A stretch of 64,000 bases of DNA from Candidatus Bathyarchaeota archaeon (GCA_963828195.1 CAWHDT010000005.1:608001-672000); one strand, 5' to 3'; positions 9,699-20,161 are shown, counted from the stretch's first letter. Made by a program: numbers and translations. Notes: a model not told the origin generated them from the sequence alone.

Positions 9699-11246
9699 AT
9701 GGGATTTCAATGGGGTATTGCTTTATTCAACCGCTTCCCTAAGCACGTGAAATTTTTAGACACCACCCTGCGAGACGGTGAACAAACACCCGGAGTATCG
9801 CTAGTTCCTGAAAGCAAATTAAGAATAGCGCAGCGCCTAGATGACCTTGGCGTAGACATCATCGAGGCTGGATTCGCCGCTGTTTCTGAAGGAGAAATGG
9901 AAGCAGTAAGCCTCATCGCCAAGCAAGGTTTGAAAGCGCAGATCTCAAGTGCAGCAAGAGGAACAAAAAGCGACATCGACGCGGTAGTGAAGAGTGGTGC
10001 TTCAACCGTAAGCATGATTATCCCAACTTCTGATCTGCACATCGAATGTAAACTCCGCAAAACGCGCGAACAGATGCTGAAAGCAACAGATGAATGCGTA
10101 AGATACGCTAAAGATCACGGCTTAGTTGTCGAGTTTTTAGCTGAAGACGCCACCCGATCTGACTTTGATTACATGACCAAAGTTTTCCAGAAGGCAATCG
10201 ACGCAGGAGTAGACAGAATAACCCCATGCGACACAGTTGGCATTTTGACTCCTGAACGGTCAGCTGAGTTCTTTTCGAAACTGAAAGAAAACATAAAGGT
10301 TCCATTGGGAGTGCACTGCCACAACGATTTCGGCATGGCAGTCGCCAACACCGTTGCAGCTTTAGGCGCGGGCGCCGAAGAGGCACATGCAACCATAAAT
10401 GGGCTAGGTGAACGGGCAGGGAACGCTTCATTGGAAGAAATCGCTCTTACACTAAGATCACTCTACAAACTGGACTTGAACATAAAGACCGAGTTGATCT
10501 ACGGTACATCTCAGTTGGTCTCAAGGTTAACTGGGGTTCACGTGCAGCCTAACAAGGCAATAGTCGGCGAAAACGCTTTCACCCACGAATCAGGAATCCA
10601 CACACAGGGAATGCTTGCAAACCCATTGACTTATGAGCCCATTGCACCTGAACTGGTCGGTGCTAGTCGGCGTATAGCTGCTGGAAAACACTCAGGGTCT
10701 CACGCCATCAGAGCGGACCTAGAAAACATGGGTCTTAAGCCTTCTGAGGAACAGTTTAAAGAGATTTTCCAGCGCATCAAAAACTTAGGGGACAAAGGCA
10801 AAACGGTAATGGACGCCGACGTTCTGGCAATAGCAGAGACCGTTATGGGTCTGAGCAAAGCTAAACCGATAAGGCTTGAGGAAATGACGTTTGTCGGCGG
10901 CGACAAAGTTACCGCAACAGCATCAGTGCGTTTGTCGTTGAATGGACAGGATGTTTGGGGCGCGGCGGTCGGGGTTGGACCGGTTGATGCAGCTATAAAC
11001 GCAGTTAAAAACGCAATTGCAGAGGTTGAACCAATCACGCTTGAGCAGTACATGGTTAAAGCCATCACAGGCGGCACAGATGCGATGGTGGAGGTTGAAG
11101 TACGTATGCGCAGGGGAAACCGAACAGTAACAGCCATAGGAGTCCGGGAAGACATAGTGAAAGCCAGCATGGAAGCAGTGCTAAGCGCCATGAACGTGCT
11201 GACAACAGACTACAAAGACGGCTGTGCTCTCACTTTTGACACATAA
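9699..11246 (+). CDS. cimA: (R)-citramalate synthase / 2-isopropylmalate synthase family (CimA-like)
   Basis: DTTLRDGEQTPG, HCHNDFG, GLGERAGNA, C-terminal regulatory domain; PTSDLH..KLRKT and CDTVG recall archaeal CimA more than LeuA (specificity is inference). Confidence 0.7.
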   Translation: MGFQWGIALFNRFPKHVKFLDTTLRDGEQTPGVSLVPESKLRIAQRLDDLGVDIIEAGFAAVSEGEMEAVSLIAKQGLKAQISSAARGTKSDIDAVVKSGASTVSMIIPTSDLHIECKLRKTREQMLKATDECVRYAKDHGLVVEFLAEDATRSDFDYMTKVFQKAIDAGVDRITPCDTVGILTPERSAEFFSKLKENIKVPLGVHCHNDFGMAVANTVAALGAGAEEAHATINGLGERAGNASLEEIALTLRSLYKLDLNIKTELIYGTSQLVSRLTGVHVQPNKAIVGENAFTHESGIHTQGMLANPLTYEPIAPELVGASRRIAAGKHSGSHAIRADLENMGLKPSEEQFKEIFQRIKNLGDKGKTVMDADVLAIAETVMGLSKAKPIRLEEMTFVGGDKVTATASVRLSLNGQDVWGAAVGVGPVDAAINAVKNAIAEVEPITLEQYMVKAITGGTDAMVEVEVRMRRGNRTVTAIGVREDIVKASMEAVLSAMNVLTTDYKDGCALTFDT

Positions 11247-11253
11247 ACTTCCT

Positions 11254-11676
11254 TTAAAATTTCCTTTTCAGTGATGTGGCATTGAAGTGTTTGTCATTTG
11301 AAATAAATTCGCCCGCTCCTGTCCTTGTGGCGACAGCTAAGTGAATGGAATCCTCATAATCAAGCCTGTATTCCGCCATAATGCCCAAGGCTAAAGCATA
11401 GTCTTGAGGCTTAAGCGGCTCAATAATTAAGCCTTTAATTCCGATTATAGCTTTAATGACACTTTCTGTAAAGACCTTATCTTTCAGCGTTTTGTCGGCT
11501 AATCCAGCAAGAGACACGAGTGCTTCGTAGAGTGACAAAGAGGAGGTCACATATTCACCCGGAGGGGAACTTTCTATGTCTGTTATCCATTTGCGAGCAA
11601 CTTCCCCGAACGTTGGATTGTTGCTAAGCCAGTATACGAAGACATTGACGTCTACGTAACGTTTTGATTGCGCCAC
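11254..11676 (-). CDS. vapC: VapC PIN-domain toxin (intact)
   Basis: YVDVNVF, YEAL, DYEDSIHLA, ISNDKHF PIN acidic residues. Confidence 0.88.
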   Translation of the reverse strand: MAQSKRYVDVNVFVYWLSNNPTFGEVARKWITDIESSPPGEYVTSSLSLYEALVSLAGLADKTLKDKVFTESVIKAIIGIKGLIIEPLKPQDYALALGIMAEYRLDYEDSIHLAVATRTGAGEFISNDKHFNATSLKRKF

Positions 11677-11924
11677 TTCTTTTCGACCTCCACCACGTAC
11701 TCGTCAAGGTCCAAGTTTTCAGGCCAATCTGTCACTTTAATGATGCCAAAGTATTTGTCTGCAACAGGCTCGGCAGCTTCAAGGATAACGGTTTTTCCTT
11801 TCGATCTGATGTTAATGTAGCTTCCTTCCCTAATCTGAGCAGCTTTTCGGATGCGTCTGGGAATTATTATTCTACCTTTCCCATCCATTTTAACTGTAGT
11901 GGTTTCAGTCATTACTTTTCCCAC
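11652..11924 (-). CDS. AbrB/MazE/SpoVT antitoxin
   Basis: KMDGKGRIIIPRRIRK swapped-hairpin motif; overlaps vapC start. Confidence 0.88.
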   Translation of the reverse strand: MGKVMTETTTVKMDGKGRIIIPRRIRKAAQIREGSYINIRSKGKTVILEAAEPVADKYFGIIKVTDWPENLDLDEYVVEVEKKWRNQNVT

Positions 11925-12039
11925 TTAACATAATAATCCCACATTCTTAAATATTACCACAATCTACCCATAAAATTGCTAAAACACCATCCTCAAAGCA
12001 CTTATCGAACTAGGCCTGAAACGCAAGAATACCCTCGTT

Positions 12040-12840
12040 TTATGCGCTTATTTTTGGCGGTGGACGCACTCGTCTGCCAAGCTTTATGCGCAACGCTATT
12101 CGGTACAGTTTTCGCAGCGATTTTACCAGTTGCTCCACGTTGGGTGCGGTTGAGTAGATGAGGGGTATCTGCTCGTACTCCGCTATGCGTATGGCTTCGG
12201 CGTCAGGCGGGGTTTTGTGGAAAACTATAATTCGCGGTTTCAGGCTACTGACGCGCACGATCATCATGGGTAAGCATCCCGCCTCCACGTTTGTGAAAAC
12301 TAGCGCTCGATCAGTTGATGCGCCAAAAAGCTGTGCGTACTCCGAGCCCGAGTAAGTTTCAACCGCTTTGGTGCTATCGATCACCGTGTAACCGTTAACT
12401 TCTTTAACGTACTTTTCTTTGCAAGCTACAATTTCGCCGCCGATAGCTCTGCACAAGTATTCGATCCGCACTGGAATGGGGAACTCACGCAAATCCACAA
12501 CAGCCAGACTTGGGGAACTGGTGAGCTTCGCGAATTCCCTTATGAAGCGGCTGCCTTTGCCCTCGTCAATCTGCAAAAGCGAAAGCACAAACCTTCGAAT
12601 GAATTTAGCGCCTGGACTTTTTCGTCGCCCGCTCTCATAATCGCTAATTACCGAAGATGATAACCCCATCGTTTCGGAAAGGGTCATTTGGGAGACAGCG
12701 AAGAGTTCACGCCACTTCCGCATGGTAGCGCCTGGTTTGCCTGAAAGAATTATTTCTCCAGCAATCCTTCTTGCTAAAACTTCTCTTAAGCTAGGCGACA
12801 CTGACATGAAACAAGGCTCCGGCTTGTAGTCTTTCTTCAA
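12040..12840 (-). CDS. Archaeal XRE-HTH transcriptional regulator (COG1709-like)
   Basis: IAGEIILS..PG.TMRKWRELF, SVISDYESGRRKSPG, GYTVIDS, RALVFT. Confidence 0.85.
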   Translation of the reverse strand: MKKDYKPEPCFMSVSPSLREVLARRIAGEIILSGKPGATMRKWRELFAVSQMTLSETMGLSSSVISDYESGRRKSPGAKFIRRFVLSLLQIDEGKGSRFIREFAKLTSSPSLAVVDLREFPIPVRIEYLCRAIGGEIVACKEKYVKEVNGYTVIDSTKAVETYSGSEYAQLFGASTDRALVFTNVEAGCLPMMIVRVSSLKPRIIVFHKTPPDAEAIRIAEYEQIPLIYSTAPNVEQLVKSLRKLYRIALRIKLGRRVRPPPKISA

Positions 12841-13016
12841 GGTTGAGATATAAAACTGTTCCTGAAAACACCCAATTCGGGTTATGTATGATTTCGCAAT
12901 TTGGGTAAAGATTTAAATTTCGAGTTTTTTAATTATTTCATATTAGAAGCAGCGGTTTTTTAATATCGAAAAGAATAGAATTAGAAAAAAAATTCAGCTT
13001 AAAGGAGAAACCTGTT

Positions 13017-14549
13017 TTGCATTTTGGAAGAGAAAAAAAGATAGTTTTTGCGGTGGTTATGGCGACGGCGTTATGTCTGGTACTTTCGAGTTTTTCGCCG
13101 ATGTCGCATTCTCAAACTAACAGTTTTACTTTACCTTGTACCATCAACACAACGGGCAACGCGTGGGACGGCGACATAGCGTTTGATCTATCCAGTGAAG
13201 CGGTTGATGCTTTGGTAATTATGAACACTAATGGCACCCTGCTGGACGTGCGTCAATCCTCAAGCAGCTACGGACCAACCTATGAAATTGCGCCCGGCAT
13301 TTTATTATTCGAGGGTGAACCTCAAATAAGTGACCCTGACTCTGCCTGGCCAGTTTGGGCTACCCACTTATTGAATTTAACTTCAGGTACAACCGAAGAC
13401 TTTCTCAATGCCCTTAGTGAACATGACATTGAGTACGATCCGGTCAACAACACATTTCTCACTCTGCAAGACTACGTCAGGCAAATCGGAAATAACATGT
13501 TTCTTATGGACAAGATTGTGCAGGTTGACTCAAACGGAAACACGCTCTGGAGCTGGGACACCTACAACTACATTCCCCTCAGCGAAGCTTCCCCGTATAA
13601 CCAGACAGATACGTTGCCTAACGGACAAAACGTGATAGATTTCACCCATGCAAACAGCATTGACTGGGACTACAATAATGGCATTATTTACCTGAATTTG
13701 CGAAACACAAACACCTTCTACGCAATCAACCAGACAACTGGCGACATAATTTGGGCGTGCGGCGAATTCGGCAACTTCACCCTTCTCGGAGCCAACGGCC
13801 AACCGCTGCCTGACGTTAATGGTTTGCCGCCCAGCCTATGGTACAACAGCCACGACGTCAAACAAGTAGCCCCAGACGTATTCACCATGTTTGATAACGA
13901 TTTTGACAATAATTCTAATCCTGACGATTGCCACAGCCAAATGTTAGAAGTGACGCTGAATACAACAAGCATGACAGCTTACGTGAACTGGAGTTGGGAA
14001 GCGCCCACGGCATACTGGAACACCTATGGAGGCGCAACTCTGGTTCTTCCAAACGGAGATTTCATAGCTGATTTTGGGGACCCCTCGCATCAATTGACGC
14101 AAAACTCAGTAAACGGGACAGGTCAATCTTGGGACTTCAATAACACAGGGGCAGTGTTTGTGGAGGTGAATCCCGCTGGGCAGGTTGTGAGAACCTGGAC
14201 GTTCCCAGTCGGGTGGTATGTTTACAGAATTGAAGATGTAACTGGCCCTGTTTCGGCTATTTTCCCAACTTCAACTCCTGTCGCCACTAATCCTACGCCT
14301 GTTGCCACTGCTACGCCCACTCCTGGTGCTTCTCCCTCTCCATCGTCTGTTGCTGCAACTCCAACTCCTGTCGGCACGCCAGCCCCATCTGTTCTACCAA
14401 GTTCAACTCCCCCAATCGCCATTAGTTCTCAAACAATCGTTGCCAGCGTCGCGCTTACAGTGGTTATTGTAGTTGTTGTTGTGTTAGCAGTGGTGTTCTA
14501 TGTGAGAATTAGAAACCGCAAAATTAATGGCGAAACCCAGAAAAATTAA
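13017..14549 (+). CDS. Secreted arylsulfotransferase (ASST)-like beta-propeller with P/T linker and C-terminal membrane anchor, copy 1
   Basis: Signal peptide; EHDI, DFTHANSID, HD..MFDN motifs; PT-rich linker; TM plus basic tail. Confidence 0.78.
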   Translation: MHFGREKKIVFAVVMATALCLVLSSFSPMSHSQTNSFTLPCTINTTGNAWDGDIAFDLSSEAVDALVIMNTNGTLLDVRQSSSSYGPTYEIAPGILLFEGEPQISDPDSAWPVWATHLLNLTSGTTEDFLNALSEHDIEYDPVNNTFLTLQDYVRQIGNNMFLMDKIVQVDSNGNTLWSWDTYNYIPLSEASPYNQTDTLPNGQNVIDFTHANSIDWDYNNGIIYLNLRNTNTFYAINQTTGDIIWACGEFGNFTLLGANGQPLPDVNGLPPSLWYNSHDVKQVAPDVFTMFDNDFDNNSNPDDCHSQMLEVTLNTTSMTAYVNWSWEAPTAYWNTYGGATLVLPNGDFIADFGDPSHQLTQNSVNGTGQSWDFNNTGAVFVEVNPAGQVVRTWTFPVGWYVYRIEDVTGPVSAIFPTSTPVATNPTPVATATPTPGASPSPSSVAATPTPVGTPAPSVLPSSTPPIAISSQTIVASVALTVVIVVVVVLAVVFYVRIRNRKINGETQKN

Positions 14550-14640
14550 TTACAATTCTGCTCCCGCGATTCGGACTTTACGTTTTCTCAATTTTACCAA
14601 AAGGCTTTATACGTTCCCAAAGAACTCCAAACGGGGAAAC

Positions 14641-16215
14641 TTGGTTCATTTCAAAAGAAGCAAAAAAACAGTTTATCCAGTAGTGTTAATGACTGCATTA
14701 TGTCTCGCACTATGCAGTTTTCTTCCATTAACCAATTCTCAAACTAGCAGCAGCTTCACTTTACCCTGCACTGTCAACACAACAGGAAACGCGTGGAACG
14801 GCGATATAGCGTTTGATTTAGAATTAAATTCTGGTTTTATGGGTGTAGATGGAACAGGAAATTATTTGGTGGTTATGAACACCAATGGCACTTTGTTAGG
14901 TGTGCGTGAATCTGCCAATAGCTACGGACCTGCCTATAATATTGCTCCTGATACCTTGATGTTTGAGGGTGAGCCTCAAATAGATGACCCGAGCTCTGCT
15001 TGGCCTACTTGGAACACGAATTTCTGGAATTTAACGTCAAACACAATCGAAACGTTTCCTAACGTTCTTAGCGAACATGACATTCAATATGACCCGGTTA
15101 ACAATACTTTTCTTACTCTACAGGACTATGTTAGGCAGGTTGGAAACGACTCGGTTCTTATGGATCGGATTGTAGAAGTTGATCCAAACGGTAATGTTCT
15201 TTGGAGTTGGGATACCTATAATTACATCCCGCTAAGCGAAGTTTCTCCATTCAACGAGACAGATACATTGCCAAACGGGCAAACCGCCATGGATTTAACT
15301 CATGCAAATACTCTTGACTGGGACTACAATAATAGCATTATTTACCTGAATTTGCGGAACACAAACACCTTCTACGCAATCAACCAGACAACTGGCGACA
15401 TAATTTGGGCGTGCGGCGAATTCGGCAACTTCACCCTTCTCGGAGCCAACGGCCAACCGCTGCCTGACGTTAATGGTTTGCCGCCCAGCCTATGGTACCA
15501 CTGCCACGACGTCAAACAAGTAGCCCCAGACGTCTTTCTTATCTTCGACAACGATTACGAAAATAATACTAATCCTGATAATTGCCACAGCCAAATCCTA
15601 GAAGTAACGCTAAACACAACAAGCATGACAGCCTACGTGAACTGGAGTTGGGAAGCCCCCACACAGTACTGGAACGACTATGCAGGCGGCGCTTTGATTC
15701 TTCCCAATGGAGATTTAATCGGCGACTTTGGGGATCCAACGCATCAGTTGCAGCAAAATTCAGTAAACGGGGCAGGTCAATCTTGGAATTTCAACGATAC
15801 CGGTGCCGTGTTTGTAGAGGTGAATCCCGCTGGGCAGGTTGTGAGAACCTGGACGTTCCCAGTCGGGTGGTATGTCTACAGAATTGAAGATATAACTGAT
15901 CCAATTTCTGTTGATGTAGCAACGCCAACTCCGACTTCTGTGGCAGCAGTTCCTGTTGCCTCTGCCACTCCAAATCCTGCAGCTACTGCTACGCCAGTCG
16001 CTACTTCAACTCCCGCCCCTGTTGTTACTCCAACCCCTATCGTCACGTCGGAGCCGCCAACTTCAACGCCGTTAAGCGCCATTAATTCTCAAACAATCGT
16101 TATCAGCGTTGCGCTTGCAATGTCTGTTATAGTGGTTGTTGTGTTGGCCGCGGTGTTTTATGTGAATATAAAGGTTGGCAACCGCAAAATCGATGGGAAA
16201 ATCCAGAACAATTAA
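14641..16215 (+). CDS. Secreted ASST-like protein, tandem paralog copy 2 (likely TTG start 14641)
   Basis: Colinear with copy 1; DLTHANTLD, HCHD..IFDN. Confidence 0.78.
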   Translation: MVHFKRSKKTVYPVVLMTALCLALCSFLPLTNSQTSSSFTLPCTVNTTGNAWNGDIAFDLELNSGFMGVDGTGNYLVVMNTNGTLLGVRESANSYGPAYNIAPDTLMFEGEPQIDDPSSAWPTWNTNFWNLTSNTIETFPNVLSEHDIQYDPVNNTFLTLQDYVRQVGNDSVLMDRIVEVDPNGNVLWSWDTYNYIPLSEVSPFNETDTLPNGQTAMDLTHANTLDWDYNNSIIYLNLRNTNTFYAINQTTGDIIWACGEFGNFTLLGANGQPLPDVNGLPPSLWYHCHDVKQVAPDVFLIFDNDYENNTNPDNCHSQILEVTLNTTSMTAYVNWSWEAPTQYWNDYAGGALILPNGDLIGDFGDPTHQLQQNSVNGAGQSWNFNDTGAVFVEVNPAGQVVRTWTFPVGWYVYRIEDITDPISVDVATPTPTSVAAVPVASATPNPAATATPVATSTPAPVVTPTPIVTSEPPTSTPLSAINSQTIVISVALAMSVIVVVVLAAVFYVNIKVGNRKIDGKIQNN

Positions 16216-16447
16216 TTTACATTTTCCTTTCAAGATTTCAAGCCCGCTTTTTACGAAAAATCTGACCTTTTGCGAAAAACTGCGTTAATTGCCTTCTTTA
16301 CAATGGCTTACATCGGAGGGTAGAGGTGGCGACGTTTTGAGTTGAGGCTGCCGGCGACATATCGGGTTATTTAATTGCGTTTATAAGGAAGTTTAGCGTT
16401 GTTATGCAGTTACCTACCGCAATTAATTGTAAAAAGGAGTGATATAT

Positions 16448-16741
16448 ATGGCAGAAAAACCAAATGATGTAATCTTCGTTGGAAACAAACCACCAATGAG
16501 CTATGTGCTCGCCATCATAACGGCATTCTCTTCAGGGACAGAAAAAGAAATAACCCTAAAAGCAAGAGGACAAGCAATAACTACCGCTGTTGACGTTGCA
16601 GAAATCACAAGAAGCCGGTTCCTAAAAGATCTTAAAGTGACAAAAATCGCGATCGGAACAGTCGAGATGCCACCAAGAGAAGGCGAAAACAGGTCCCGCA
16701 TGGTTTCAACGATAGAAATTACTCTCACAAAAGAGCAGTAG
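16448..16741 (+). CDS. albA: Alba DNA/RNA-binding protein
   Basis: IFVGNKPPMSYVLA, LKARGQAITTAVDVAE, VSTIEI. Confidence 0.95.
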   Translation: MAEKPNDVIFVGNKPPMSYVLAIITAFSSGTEKEITLKARGQAITTAVDVAEITRSRFLKDLKVTKIAIGTVEMPPREGENRSRMVSTIEITLTKEQ

Positions 16742-16840
16742 TTTGACGACGACAATTACCCTGGGAGTTTTAAGCTCTCCAAACTTTTTACATTAAGATT
16801 TTGCATGTTTGAGTTTTTTGTTTTTTGCCTGAATTTTTTA

Positions 16841-16967
16841 GTTGCGACTTTGCCGTGGCGTAAGTTGCGACTTTCGCGGGTGGCTGTTTGTGGTTTGGGC
16901 TGGTTTTTTGGTTTAGGGTTGGTTTCTGCTTTTTGGTTGCGACTTTGGGATGGGCGGATTGCGACTT
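16841..16967. repeat. Cluster of four TTGCGACTT direct repeats; the third extends into a motif repeated at 23427..23448
   Basis: Copies start at 16842, 16865, 16937, 16959. Confidence 0.7.
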
Positions 16968-17181
16968 ACAGTGTTGATTTAATGTAGAAATTATTGTCTG
17001 ATATGGGTGGGTTTTACCTCATCCAGCCGTTTTTTGGAAGTTTTCGACCAATTTTTTGGGTGCCAACTAACTTGCCTATTGATTGGAGACCTTTTATCTT
17101 CATCATATTTCACCGCTCAGTATTATTATCTCTGTTTTAAGAAATTAAGTTTCTTCAATTGGCTTTATTAGTAAGAATATT

Positions 17182-18753
17182 TTACATGTAAAATCTGTAT
17201 TGATGTTCGATTTTTTCTTTTGGAGGAATAATTCCGAGTATTTTGCCGACTTTTTCAGCGAAACGTATCGTTATAGGCATGTATGAGCTATAACGTGCAG
17301 TATTCCAATCTAGTCTGGTTAAGGCCAATATTTCATTTGCAAGCTCTCCTGAAGGAGTATCGCCGTTTTGTTCTGTGAATTCTAATGGCTTAGGTACGCG
17401 TGGACCCTGATAACTTCTCACATATGGTACATATCCACCAGTAAATAACATGTTTGAGCCATCCGGCATTTTCAGATATGTTCCTCTTAGTACAGGTTTG
17501 TCGCCATTTCGATAGAAGAATATATCATGCCCTTGAGAAATGGTAATGTAATCTCGCTTTGGAACGTCATGTGAAGCAATGTCAAAGCCTTGAGTTTCAT
17601 CTCTAGCGTATCTTGAACTTTTGTGTATAACTATACGATTGGGAAACTGTTCATCATGATGCTTGCGATAAAGGTTAATTGCGCGGTGAAGTAACTCTGC
17701 AGCACCCTCCTTCGTTAGTCTTGGTTGCCCTTTCTTCTTAGTGTCCCACTGAAAATTGTCGCCTCTAACTACTAATCCTTCGCTAGTATCAGTGAAAACT
17801 TGTGCTAAACTTGCAAACATATTTTTTTCATGTGTTGTTTGATCATAATAAAAAGCTATACCAATAAAGCAGCTACCTGGACTTAATCTACCAAGTTTCC
17901 AAGGAAAGTGATTAGTCTTATAATACAAAGCAACACCCAAATTCCATGCAATCGTTGAAGGATCTTCTTTTCGATGTTTAGCCGACTCAATGGTTGCAAT
18001 TTGCATTACAGTGTTTAACTCTTCTAAAGTGCTTTGCTTGAAAATTTGAACGGGAATTCCTGATTTTATTGCTTCAGCTTTAAGCATTTTTCTGAAATCT
18101 GCTTTTATCACCATATTAATGAAATTTTGAGTATCTTCATCAAGTGGTGCAAGAAGCATTAAATGCGTTTCAATATTCTTTCTTAACTCCTCTGCTTTTG
18201 CTTTCTCTTGCTTAGTTAATCCGCAATGCCTAGATTCTCTACAGTTTTCTTCAATTTCCTTGATTTTATGGCAGATAATTACATCGGGTCTAACTACCCT
18301 GTCACAAATATTACTTATCTTCTTACCATAGAGTTCAGCGGCTTTCCGAATTCTAAGGTTTGGGTTGTCATTTTCAATAACATTTGATACTTCACCACTT
18401 AATATTTTGTCGTTATAATCGGGAGACAGGATGATTCGTGCTCTAAACGCTTTCTCGAATCCTGGAAATACTAGAGTTGTAAAAGGATTTTCTCCAAAAC
18501 TTCGTATCGTTTTTTGATTAAAATATTCAAAGAAATGAGTAAGATCATCTATGCCTTTAGCATTACTTACAAGCCCAACTCTTATCGTCTGAATATCGTT
18601 TGTGGCATCTACTGGTCCATGAATTGTTAACCCTCTCTTTGGGTCAATATCCATTGCCCCATTTCTAAAATAAAGTGGAACCTCTGTCAGATACTTTGCT
18701 TGCAATGTCTCGAGTTTTTGAAAAATTAGTGATTCTTTAATCTGTACAGTCAT
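17182..18753 (-). CDS. Short prokaryotic Argonaute (MID-PIWI, no N/PAZ, apparently non-catalytic)
   Basis: AWNLGVALYYK...PW, CFIGIAFY, IVIHKSS, PVLRGT, PKPLE, EILALTRLDWN, PITIRFA, C-terminal YRFYM. Confidence 0.93.
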   Translation of the reverse strand: MTVQIKESLIFQKLETLQAKYLTEVPLYFRNGAMDIDPKRGLTIHGPVDATNDIQTIRVGLVSNAKGIDDLTHFFEYFNQKTIRSFGENPFTTLVFPGFEKAFRARIILSPDYNDKILSGEVSNVIENDNPNLRIRKAAELYGKKISNICDRVVRPDVIICHKIKEIEENCRESRHCGLTKQEKAKAEELRKNIETHLMLLAPLDEDTQNFINMVIKADFRKMLKAEAIKSGIPVQIFKQSTLEELNTVMQIATIESAKHRKEDPSTIAWNLGVALYYKTNHFPWKLGRLSPGSCFIGIAFYYDQTTHEKNMFASLAQVFTDTSEGLVVRGDNFQWDTKKKGQPRLTKEGAAELLHRAINLYRKHHDEQFPNRIVIHKSSRYARDETQGFDIASHDVPKRDYITISQGHDIFFYRNGDKPVLRGTYLKMPDGSNMLFTGGYVPYVRSYQGPRVPKPLEFTEQNGDTPSGELANEILALTRLDWNTARYSSYMPITIRFAEKVGKILGIIPPKEKIEHQYRFYM

Positions 18754-20161
18754 CAATCTCTTCTTCCTCGACGTCTTCCTCTAACTCTGTTTCTTTTTCA
18801 GCAATTGTTTCGGCTTCATCTTGAGCTGGCTCTTCTTCAGACCAGAGTCTTTCTCGATAGTCTTCTTCAACGCCTCGGTTTACTTGGGCAAATAAGGGTG
18901 TACTCAAAATGGTGGTTGGTATTTCTGCCCCAACTTGCAATTCTATTCTTTCCTTACCCCCTGAAAGCTTGAATGCCCAAAACCGTACGTCATCCAAAAC
19001 AGTGTGGTTTTGCTCGATATTCATCCATCGAGTAGAGTACGAAGACATTGCAAAAGGGGTTACTGGCTGCTGGATACCGTTAGTAGTAAAATGCCAACCT
19101 GGAATAATTTTCAAAAAGAGATTTTTCCCAACTTTAGTAAACGTTGCTTTGCATGATCGATGTGCATAGTATTTGCCAGTCTTTGATTTAGTGACTATTA
19201 TACGTGTAAATTCTCGCTTTCCTATTTTCCACTTTGCAAATCTATTTTCATCGCCGTCTTTTTCTAATGGAAAAAATGTTTTCTTATTTGTCCAATCATA
19301 GACCATTCCAATTTTCTTCATGTGCTCAGTCATTGCCCGATTTAGAAGTTCTATGATTATGGATGATTCTTCTGAATCAACTAATCCTTTGATAGCAACT
19401 CTTTCGGTTGAGGTCCCCTCCAAAATGGCAGATAGTTTCTGTTGAGGATTATTAAGCGGCGTAAACGAGTATACTTGTTGTGTTTGCTCTCTTAGAACAA
19501 AAAGGGGTAAAGAGGTTTCACCTAGCATTGCGAAAACATCAGGGCGTCTTTTGATTTTAGAATATGCAACATTCAGGTACTCAGGCATCTCAATAACTTG
19601 AAACAGATTGGAGGCTATGTTTTCTTCTTGAATATCAGGAAGAACAGAATCAACTGGTTGAGAAGGAATGTTAGATGTCTGGACGGAATCAAGCACTGAT
19701 CTGATAGTTTTTCCAGTAAGTCTTGCCAAGAGCTTCTTTATTTCTTTGGGAAATGCTTGGTCATTACGGAAGTCTAGCCATTTGAGGATTTGTATTGAGG
19801 CAGGAATATCGCAATTTCGCCTAAGTATGGGTATTATTCTAGCCTTTATTCCTGCGGGGTCCTGGTATACTGGTATACTCCGTTCAAGAGTAGTCCAATC
19901 AGATTTTAGCCAGTCAGGTGAGATAATAATTCCTATAAAACGAGACTTTTGTAACGCAGCCTCTATTTTAAGAAGTAAGTTTTCTCCGGGTTCTATATCC
20001 CATGGAGCATAGAAACATTTCAAGAGTCTGCCTTGATATGGTTCTTGTTCAATACGTTTAACAAGTAATTCAGCGAATTCAATATCAGCCGTGTTGTAAG
20101 AAATGAAGATGTCATACTGAATATCAGTGTCGTCTTGCATCCAAGGGTCTTCCTTGGTCAT
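18737..20161 (-). CDS. TIR-APAZ effector protein (start 20161 or 20203)
   Basis: TIR: YDIFISY, DIEPGE, IISPDWLKSDWTTLE, IIPIL, WLDFR; APAZ-like C-terminus (SNLF, LLNRA, H.SCKATF, LKIIPGWHFTTNG, EQNHTVLDDVRFW); overlaps pAgo start. Confidence 0.88.
   Translation of the reverse strand: MTKEDPWMQDDTDIQYDIFISYNTADIEFAELLVKRIEQEPYQGRLLKCFYAPWDIEPGENLLLKIEAALQKSRFIGIIISPDWLKSDWTTLERSIPVYQDPAGIKARIIPILRRNCDIPASIQILKWLDFRNDQAFPKEIKKLLARLTGKTIRSVLDSVQTSNIPSQPVDSVLPDIQEENIASNLFQVIEMPEYLNVAYSKIKRRPDVFAMLGETSLPLFVLREQTQQVYSFTPLNNPQQKLSAILEGTSTERVAIKGLVDSEESSIIIELLNRAMTEHMKKIGMVYDWTNKKTFFPLEKDGDENRFAKWKIGKREFTRIIVTKSKTGKYYAHRSCKATFTKVGKNLFLKIIPGWHFTTNGIQQPVTPFAMSSYSTRWMNIEQNHTVLDDVRFWAFKLSGGKERIELQVGAEIPTTILSTPLFAQVNRGVEEDYRERLWSEEEPAQDEAETIAEKETELEEDVEEEEIDDCTD

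Noticed and set aside
8041-11191. Many antisense ORFs over ilvD and cimA (also elsewhere in the track)
   Set aside because: Shadow frames of well-supported genes with no motifs of their own
16351-16377. Xer/dif-like word CGACATATCGGGTTATTTAATT, and half-sites such as TTATGTCGGG at 23158 and CCGACATAA at 54072
   Set aside because: Arms are poorly symmetric and no recombinase is present; too weak to call
16805-16987. 60-aa ORF, and possible CRISPR array from TTGCGACTT repeats
   Set aside because: Low-complexity T/G-rich intergenic DNA; repeats are only 9 nt with irregular spacing and no cas genes
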